Shown here: positions 18,614 to 26,393 of the stretch, piece by piece | Layout: the number at the start of each line of letters is the position of its first letter | Numbering within the stretch: position 1 is the first letter of the stretch | Source of the DNA: an uncultured bacterium | GTDB taxonomy: Bacteria > Chloroflexota > UBA5177 > JANWHV01 | DNA: 26,393 nt | Direction: 5' to 3' | Assembly: GCA_963729625.1 (NCBI GenBank) | Contig: CAVSOU010000013.1 | Coordinates: 1 to 26,393 of the forward strand | The notes under the pieces: model-generated | The model's input: only the letters and a program-made list of their open reading frames with translations | What the model was told of the DNA's origin: nothing | Database searches by the model: none | Position numbers and translations under genes: made by a program

Positions 18614-19575
18614 TGGGATCGTGCGTTTCACAGGCTTCCGCACTGCGGCTGTACGGAAACATGGTCCGCATCAGAAAGTTCGAGGAGAAGCTGTTCTTCC
18701 TGTTCTCCACGAGGTCGATGCCCGGAACCATGCACCAATACAACGGCCAGGAAGCAGTTGCGGTTGGTGTCTGCGCTGCGCTGAACATCGACGACTACAT
18801 CACCAGCACGCATAGAGGTCATGGGCATTGCATAGCGAAAGGCGCTAGCCTCAACGCGGTGATGGCGGAGATGTTCGCCAAGAGCACCGGCTGCTGCAAA
18901 GGGATGGGCGGATCTATGCACATTGCGGACTTCAGTGTCGGCATGCTTGGGGCCAACGGCATCGTCGGAGCCGGCATACCGCAGGCGGCCGGCGCCGCCT
19001 GGGCTTGCAAGTATCAAAAGACCGGCAAGGTGGCGGTGGCGTTCTTTGGGGACGGTGCCGCGAATGAGGGCGCTTTTCACGAGGGCATCAACCTAGCGGC
19101 GGTATGGAGGCTGCCGGCCATATTCGTATGCGAGAACAACGTCTACGGATTCTCGACCCACTACCGACGAGTAACGCCCATCGAGAACATGGCGGACAGG
19201 GCGAGCGCCTATGGCATCCCTGGAGTCATGGCGGACGGGATGGACGTGCTTGACGTCTACTACAAGAGCCGGAAGCTGTCGCCGGGCACGAAGCGGGGAC
19301 GGCCCCACCTTGCTGGAATGCAAAACGTATCGATATATGGGGCATTCCCGGTCGGAAAAGCCCACCTATCGGACGCGGGATGAGCTTGAGTCGTGGAAGC
19401 TGAAAGATCCGATCATCAGCTTCGGGCGCAGGCGGTGAAAGACTTCGACGTGGCGGCAAGCGAATTGGCAGCCGTGAACGACGCTGTTGCTCAGGAGATT
19501 GAAGAGGCGGTGGCCTTCGCGGAAGCCAGTCCTGACCCGGGAGCGCTGGATTACCAGCGCTACATCTACGCGTAG
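18613..19575 (+). CDS. TPP-dependent 2-oxoacid/acetoin dehydrogenase E1 alpha, frameshifted
   Basis: IRKFEE, GQEAVAVG, STHRGHGH, GMGGSMH, GDGAANEG..CENN, KTYRY.GHS. Confidence 0.9.
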
Positions 19576-19590
19576 GTGCTGGGAAACAAT

Positions 19591-20627
19591 ATGAACGCGA
19601 CGAAGATAGTCCAGGCACTGCGGCTCGCCCTGATAGAGGAAATGACCAGAGATGAGCGCGTGGTGTTGCTGGGAGAAGATATTGGGGTGTTTGGTGGCGC
19701 ATTCCGGGTGACCGAAGGCCTGTTGGATATGTTTGGCGAGGAGAGGGTGTGCGACACCCCCATTTCGGAAATTGCCATAGTGGGCGCGGCCATCGGCGCC
19801 GCCTTAGCAGGGCTGCGTCCGGTTGCTGAGATTCAGTACAACGACTTTCTCCCATCGGCCATGGACCAGATCTGCAATCAGGCCGCTAAGATCCGCCTGA
19901 TGATGGGCGGGCAGGTCGAGCGTGCCGTTGGTCATACGGGCGCCTATGGGCTGCACGGGCAGGGCCGCACAGCACTCGCAATGCCTGGAGGCGTGGTTCA
20001 TGCACACGCCGGGCCTCAAGGTGGCACTGCCGTCAACCCCCTATGACGCCAAGGGACTGCTCAAGACGGCGATACGCGATGATAACCCGGTGATGTTCTT
20101 CGAGCATAAACTGCTCTACGGTGCCGCCTCTCCCGGAGGCGCGGCGAAAACGGCGGTGGACGACCTGGACGGACATTCAAGCCCGCGCCGGAGGACGAGT
20201 ACCTCGTGCCGTTCGGCGTGGCCGACATCAAGCTGCGAGGGCGCGATGTGACCAGTGGTGGCCACCGGCTACATGGTGCATAAGTCGATCAAGGCGGCCA
20301 AGGCGCTGGCAATAAGGGCATCGAGGTGGAGGTGATCGACCCCCGAACGCTGGTGCCCTCGATAGCGAGCGCCATTCTGCGGTCGGTGGAAAAGACAGGC
20401 CGACTGGTGATCGTGAGCGAGGATGTGGTGACCTGCGGCGTAGCGTCGGAGATCGCCGCCATCGTAGCGGAGCGGGCGCTGTTCAGTCTTGACGCTCCGA
20501 TCAGAAGAGTCTGTGTGCCGCACACGCCGATTCCCCTTTTGCACCCAGCAACGTGACGGCAGTGATTCCGCAGGAGCATGATATCGTGCGGGCCATAAGA
20601 GTCGGTACTGAATTAGTTTCGGTTTGA
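19591..20627 (+). CDS. Dehydrogenase E1 beta subunit, frameshifted
   Basis: [66 protein letters not shown]; end approximate. Confidence 0.9.
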
Positions 20628-20939
20628 GCCCTCCTGACGGGGAACTGACGTGGGATGAATCCGACACACGACTTTGATGTCGATTAGATGCTATTGGTCT
20701 TCGGCCCGCGCTGAGCGCGCTCTAGCGGACTGGGTCCAAGTGGACCGCCCTCCCCAGTTGCCTGCGTACGGGTCTCGCGCCCGACCGGCCTTCCCGGCAG
20801 AGAGCCGGTTCCGCGGGAGATCCGCCGATACAGGGGTGGCAGAGACATAGCTTGAGAGCATCGCCGTCCGGACGGGGGGGGAGTGGTTCCTGCGCTTTCA
20901 TGACAGCGATGCTGACGATTGGCGCGGAGGTGGCCCAAC

Positions 20940-22212
20940 GTGCCGACGCAGATCATCAGTCCGAGTGAAGGCTCAATCAACAAGCTCCCTGGTTGTGCAA
21001 TGGTATGTCAAGGTAGGGGGACTCAGTCAGCATCGGGGATCCCGTCTGCGAAGTCGAGACTGACAAGACAACCATTGATCTGGAGTCCCCCCGCTCAGGA
21101 ACCGTGCTCGATATTCTCGTCGCTGGCGGTACAGAGGTGCCCGTATCCACGCCGATCGCAATCGTGGGCGAGCTCGGCGAGGAGTACACGAGCACGTCGC
21201 CCGCCGATCAGCGGGAGGGGGCGTCGAGCGTGGCGGAGCATGCGGCGCCTGCCAACGCCATTAGGGAGAGCCCTGGCCCTGTTCGAACAAGTGGCGGAGC
21301 GAGCCAGGGCACTGTCATCGCCTAGAGCCAGGCGGTTGGCAAAGGAGAAAGGTGTTGCCCTGCACGTGGTTCGCGGCAGTGGTCCCGGCGGAAGCATCGT
21401 GGAGCGGGATGTATCGGCGTGGATTTACGAGCATCAACTCGAAGGGCGGACTCTTGACTCCGCTGGCAGCCTGGGCACGGCGAATCGCTTGGGTAGCGCA
21501 ACCCAGCCAAACGCAATGAGACTCCCGCCCGAAAGTGCTGTGCCGCGGCACCGGCAGGTAATCGCGCAGCGGCTCACGCAGGCGGTGCAGACCATCCCCC
21601 ACATCGTCCTCACTGCGGCCGTCGACATGCGCCGCGCCCGCGCAAACCTGGCGCGGGGGCGTGAGGGGGGCCTGGACGAGCTCACCTACACACACCTACT
21701 GCTGCGTGCCCTGGCCCGAGCCCTGCGCGCCTATCCCGGCGGTACAGCAGACCCGCGGTGCCTGGCGCACGGGGGGCGGCGGCGCGCGGTCCCAGGCTAT
21801 CGCCGGTGCCCCCGTGGGGCTGGCGGTAGCGGGGGGGACACACTGCTAGTGCCTACCATCACCGATGCCGACCGGGTCACGCTGACAGAATTAGTGCAGG
21901 CCACGCACGCGGCGGTGCACCGGGCCCGCTGCGGCGCGCTCAGCGCAGCCGATATGCAGCCGGCGGCGGTCATCCTAGCGACCTCGGCATGTACCGCGTG
22001 GACACATTCCAGGCGATCGTCGACCCCGAACAGACGGCCGTCCTGGCCACTGGGCGCGTGCGCGAGCAGGTGGTGGCACTTGACGGCGGCATCCACGTCG
22101 TGCCTCGTCCTTGCAGGCCACCCTGTCTATCGACCATCGCATCGCCGACGGCGCACTGTCTGCGATGTTCCTCGGTGCCATCGTCCAGGAGCTGGAAGAT
22201 GGCCAGTCCTGA
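20940..22212 (+). CDS. Dihydrolipoamide acyltransferase E2, frameshifted
   Basis: GGAGGT RBS + GTG; lipoyl motif CEVETDK; binding domain SPRARRLAKEKGV..GSGPGG.I..DV; catalytic DHRIADG. Confidence 0.85.
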
Positions 22213-22276
22213 AACCGGTCGCGCTGCGGCTCTGCACGCAGCGGCGCACGGCTCGCTCCTCGGCCAAACGTGGGGG

Positions 22277-22990
22277 ATTTACGGGCTGGGCCACGACCAG
22301 CCGAATACCGTGAGCGGAGCACCGACTCTTTCATGGCGGCGCTCGCCTGATCACTTACCAGCACATCCACAGCGGGCAGACCTCGCAGACGCGCGCGAAG
22401 TGCGTGACACCGACCTTGCTGTGGTCCAAGGGCAGCACGACCCGATGCGCTCGCTCAATCACCGTCGCCTTGAGTTGCGCCTCCTCCCAAGTCCGCCACT
22501 GTCAGGCCATTCTCAGAAAAGCCGCTGACGCCGATGAAGGCGAGATTCGCGGTAAACCGCTCGAGATTCTCTGTCGCCAGGGCGCCAATGAGCGCGCCTG
22601 CCACGCGGCGCAGCGCCGCCGACAGGACGTCTTCCACGCCCGGTAGGTCCGCCACCAACTGGGCGACCGCGATCGCATTCGTGAGCACGGTAATGTTCCG
22701 ACCGGCTAGCTTGGCGGCAATGCGCTGCACGGTGCTGCCACTATCCAGGAAGATAGCATCGCCGTCCTTGATCGGCCAGGCAGCACGGCGCAATGGCTTC
22801 CTTGGCCCCCACGTTGGCTTCGGCGCGGACGTCGAGTTCGCGCTCGAGCCGTCGACGGCATCGCACCCCCGTGCGTGCCCTTGACCAGGCCACTCTGCTG
22901 CAGGGCCGAGAGGTCCTTGCGAATGGTCGGCTCGGTCACGCCGAACAACGCGACCAAGTCGGCAAGGCGCACGCGCCCGTGCACCGCTCT
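22277..22990 (-). pseudogene. DeoR/GlpR-family regulator, 5'-truncated and frameshifted
   Basis: GRVRLADLVALFGVTEPTIRKDL..GLVKGTHGG, IFLDSGST, VLTNA, DHSK; first helix and start replaced by the IR element. Confidence 0.82.
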
Positions 22991-22992
22991 GG

Positions 22993-23121
22993 TGAACTAC
23001 TCGCCTGGCAGCCTAGTCACGCATCGGCTCCGACTGGTGCGACAACCCGTGCAAGCAGGGGATCGCCTGCATCTCGTCTTGCAGACGCATCAGATCGCGA
23101 CGCCACCAGGCGAGTAGTTCA
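22993..23121. mobile_element. 129-bp MITE-like element with perfect 16-bp terminal inverted repeats
   Basis: TGAACTACTCGCCTGG at 22993-23008 and its exact reverse complement CCAGGCGAGTAGTTCA at 23106-23121. Confidence 0.55.
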
Positions 23122-23154
23122 ACGCGGCCAATCGCGCACGTCGCGGGTCTCAGG

Positions 23155-24172
23155 CTACATGGTCATCACCGTCTTCACATCCATGGGACCGGGCTCGGTG
23201 GCGATCACCGTGGGCACCTCCTCCAACGTGACGCGGCGGGTGATCGGCGACTCCATGTCGAGACGGCCGGAGGCGACGAGCTCGACCGCACGCCCGTGCG
23301 TCATTGGATTGAGGTAGGAGCCGACGATGCGCAACTCGCGCGAGAAGATGTCGTAGGGAGCAATGCTCGTCGTCTGGCCCTCGGGCACAACGCCAAATAC
23401 CAGGACAGTGCCGCCGCGCCGCGCCATTCTGAGCGCCTGCTCGAACGTCTCCAGCTTGCCAGCGCATTCCATCGCCACGTCCACGCCGCCGGGCACCAGG
23501 CCGTCGGCAGCGCTCACAGCGGTCACGGGGTCCTTGGCCTGCGGGTCGATGGCAGCCATAGCGCCGTGCTGCTCGGCGAGCGTGCGGCCGCGCTGATGGA
23601 GCGTGGAGAGGACGATTGTGGTGGCTCCGGCCAGCCTAGCCAACTGTAAGATCGACTGCCCGATTGTACCGCCGCCAATGATAGCCACGCTCATGCCGGG
23701 CTGGATGCCGGCACGGTCCAGGCCGTGCAGCGAGCAAGCCAGCGGCTCACACAGGGCGGCGTGTGCCGCCAGCATGTTCGGCGGCAGAGTGTACGCTTGT
23801 GTGGCGGGCACGACGGTATACTCGGCCATTCCGCCGTCGAGAGTGGCGCCCCAGGGCCCGAAGTTGCGAACAGTAGGCGACGCTTCCACGTCGGCAGTCG
23901 CGGCAGATGCCGCAGTGGATATTCGGATCCACGGCCACGCGCGTCCCGGGCTGAATCGCCGTCTCGGCCCCCGCTTCGACGACGGTGCCGGCGAACTCGT
24001 GGCCGATCGTGAGCGGGAACGTAGCTGGAAACTCGCCGTGCAGGATATGCCGGTCGGTCCCGCACACGCCACACGCCTCAATGCGGACCAACAACTCGCC
24101 CGGGCCCGGCGCCCGTACCTCCACCTCGTGCACACGCAGGTCCCCTATCGTCGTGACTCTCGCTGCGCGCAT
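23155..24172 (-). CDS. Zn-dependent medium-chain (polyol/threonine-type) dehydrogenase, one frameshift near 23850
   Basis: CGVCGTD, GHEFAG, CGICRDC..YC, CEPLAC, GGGTIG; RBS AGGAG. Confidence 0.92.
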
Positions 24173-24488
24173 GCTTGGCTCCTCTCCTTACCGTCTCGTC
24201 ACCTTCGTCCTATCCTCACTGGTAGTCGCTACTCTCGCCGAGCGCCGGACCTACTGAGCCTGCCGATGCGCCAATCCGCGTACCACCCTCGCCGTGGTCA
24301 ATAAGCTCCCAACAGCTCCTCATCTGTTGCCTCGAGCACAGCGCGCTCTCGCGTGTAGAAATACGAAGCAGTCTGCCGAACGGCGGAACCGTCGAGCATC
24401 GCTGCGTCGGGGCTCCCATACATCTGATCGTATGGGTTTGCTCCGGTACCCAGTGGCTTCGGGGAGGGCCAAAACCTACCTGTCGTTG

Positions 24489-25280
24489 TTATAGCCCGCC
24501 ACGTTGCGAGGGCATGATCACGATGTCCAGGTCGAGCATGCCGGTTCCGAGCGCTCTCCTGTTCGTGTCCGCCAGGTGCAAGTTCGTCATCATGTGGCCG
24601 TAGTTCAGAATTGTCTTGCCGATGTGCTCCTCGCCAACGAGCATGTGGAATACGTCCCCCGCGATGTGCTGGATGCCTGGATGATTGATGGCGTCGATGA
24701 GGTTCTTGGCCTCCGCAAAGGTATGGCAGAGGCTTACCTCGTCTCGCCGCACAGGCTCAAGAGCGCCGCGGAATCCGCTCCTGACAAAGTCGTCGCCCAG
24801 AACCCTCATGGTGTCTGCAGCACGCTGGAACTCGTTATCGTCGTACTTGTTCAGCCGGCCAACTGCACAGGGGCCGAACAGAATGTATTTACCACCAACC
24901 GCGGCACAGAACTCGATGTGCGTCCTCATGTAGTCGATGGCCCGCTGTCTCGCGAAGTGGTTGGTGTTCGCGAACTCATTGTCCAGATATATCATGCCGC
25001 AGATACCGCTCACCTTGATCCCGTGCTCACCCAGCGTCTTGAGAACCTCCTCCGGCTTGTAGCCCAGGTCGTTGCCATAGAGGTTGCCGGGCAACTCGAT
25101 ATACCTCACGCCGTTGCGTGCAAGCCTCTCAGCCGACACGGCCAGCGGTTTCGCGCCAGATCCCCAATTGCTCCAACCAAGATTCAGTCTGGGCAGCCTC
25201 GCTATGTCCTTACTACGCCTGAATTCGAGGAATCTCCGCACCACCTCATGATCGTGCTTCCGGAAGTTCTGTCGCTCCAC
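24489..25280 (-). CDS. Sugar phosphate isomerase/epimerase (TIM barrel, ketose 3-epimerase-like), probably 3'-truncated
   Basis: ALEPVRRDE, AGDVFHM..E, LHLADTNRRALGTG; the final strand carrying the last catalytic Glu appears absent. Confidence 0.8.
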   Translation of the reverse strand: MERQNFRKHDHEVVRRFLEFRRSKDIARLPRLNLGWSNWGSGAKPLAVSAERLARNGVRYIELPGNLYGNDLGYKPEEVLKTLGEHGIKVSGICGMIYLDNEFANTNHFARQRAIDYMRTHIEFCAAVGGKYILFGPCAVGRLNKYDDNEFQRAADTMRVLGDDFVRSGFRGALEPVRRDEVSLCHTFAEAKNLIDAINHPGIQHIAGDVFHMLVGEEHIGKTILNYGHMMTNLHLADTNRRALGTGMLDLDIVIMPSQRGGL

Positions 25281-25517
25281 TGCCTACTCCTCTCCAAGAA
25301 CACTTCCCGGTCGATACCGGCGGGAACTGATCAGCGGCCTACGCGCGAGTATGTCAGCAGTCGCATCGGCGTGCCTCCGCCGGCAATGGCACCATCGTCG
25401 AAGAGGACGAACGCTTCGAAGACATGCCACGCCGAGATGCGACGTGCTTCTCTATCTACGGACCTCCCGTCGTCGGACCAGGCCGGACTGGCCGCGCACC
25501 TCGCCATCGGGTCGTCT

Positions 25518-26295
25518 CTATTCTGTGGTTGAGCGGAGAAGGGCCGGCGCCTCATCGTCCGCGGCCATCAGCCCCAACGAGCTGATCGCGCGTGAGTTCG
25601 CCCGTCCGGTGCCTCAGCCAAATTGCGACCGTGCCGGAGAACCGTGAAGCGGTCTCCGACCGTGATGGCATGTGTCACATTGTGGGTAATGAAGATAATG
25701 GCCAGACCGTCGGCACGTGCCGTCGCGACGAGCCGCAGCACAATCGCTGCTTCATGCACGCCGACGCCGAGGTGGGCTCGTCGAGTATCAGCACCGAGGC
25801 CCCGAAGTACATGGCGCGGGCAATGGCGACCGACTGTCGCTGGCCGCCGGACAGCGTGCTCGTGGACTGGCGTGCGCTATGCAGGCTGATCCCGACCACG
25901 CTGACTCTGTGAGCGTGATTTCGCGGGGAAGCCCAGTCGACCCGGCGAAGAGGACCCCAGCCGGTCGACGGCTCGCGGGCGAGGAAGAAGTTGCCGACCA
26001 CCGACATCAGCGGGATCATCGCCAGATCCTGGAAGACGGTGGCGATGCCGGCTTCGAGCGCGTCGCGCGGTGAATGGAAATTCGACCGGCTTGCCATCCA
26101 CGTATCTCCCCCGAATCCGGGCGGTGGACGCCCGAAAGCACCTTGATAAGCGTCGACTTGCCGGCCCCATTGTCGCCGAGCAGGCAAAGCACCTCGCCCG
26201 GTTCAACCTTGAGCGAGACATCGTAAGAGCGGCGACCCCCCGGAAAGTGCTTCGTGATCTTCAATCCTCTAAAGAAACATCTGGCTGATCGCCAT
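25518..26295 (-). CDS. Single-domain sugar ABC ATP-binding protein (FrcA-like), frameshifted
   Basis: [51 protein letters not shown]. Confidence 0.88.
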
Positions 26296-26303
26296 ACTGG
26301 GCC

Positions 26304-26393
26304 TCATCGCGCGTGCTCGCGCACGAAGTGGTTGAGCGCGACCGCGCCGAGCAGCATCGAGCCCAGCATGGTCTGGAACCAGTTCGCGTCGAT
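26304..26393 (-). CDS. Sugar ABC permease C-terminus (runs off the window edge)
   Basis: IDANWFQTMLGSMLLGAVALN directly upstream of the ATPase. Confidence 0.7.
   Translation of the reverse strand: MDANWFQTMLGSMLLGAVALNHFVREHAR

Noticed and set aside
18613-22212. Assigning pdhABC or acoABC symbols
   Set aside because: Motifs do not discriminate substrate class; no E3 or acoX context

Overview
High-GC bacterial DNA; the gene content (Thr/Ala-rich secreted fragment, F420-dependent LLM, Cys-rich secreted propeller) suggests a soil Chloroflexota or Actinomycetota host, by inference only. There are three zones. (1) 1-4.9 kb: a secreted 7-repeat Cys/Asp-box beta-propeller gene and a heavily frameshifted zinc-ribbon-FHA-FHA-ABC exporter (Rv1747-like) preceded by a tandem-heptamer promoter. 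(2) About 4.9-16.5 kb: a mosaic in which intact genes (TMEM175 K+ channel, a hypothetical protein, an HTH-PIN TA pair, a VapBC pair, a URO-D/MtaA-family protein, an F420 LLM) sit among a dozen or more abruptly truncated, unrelated fragments (two diverged IS1182-like pieces, Tn3 tnpR/tnpA, group II intron RT, HDAC, uxaC-like, TetR-like, amidohydrolase, gluconolactonase, ABC permease). (3) 16.5-26.4 kb: a carbohydrate-catabolic region (PfkB kinase, cyclase-family hydrolase coupled to TPP-dependent E1a/E1b, E2, DeoR, Zn-dehydrogenase, sugar epimerase, sugar ABC transporter) with many indels and a 129-bp element bounded by perfect 16-bp inverted repeats that replaces the DeoR 5' end. The indels in zones 1 and 3 look like long-read errors; the zone 2 mosaic is either a real DNA-capture/decay hotspot or an assembly chimera. 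All family calls are from motif recognition by eye, with no database searches. No rRNA, tRNA or CRISPR array was seen.
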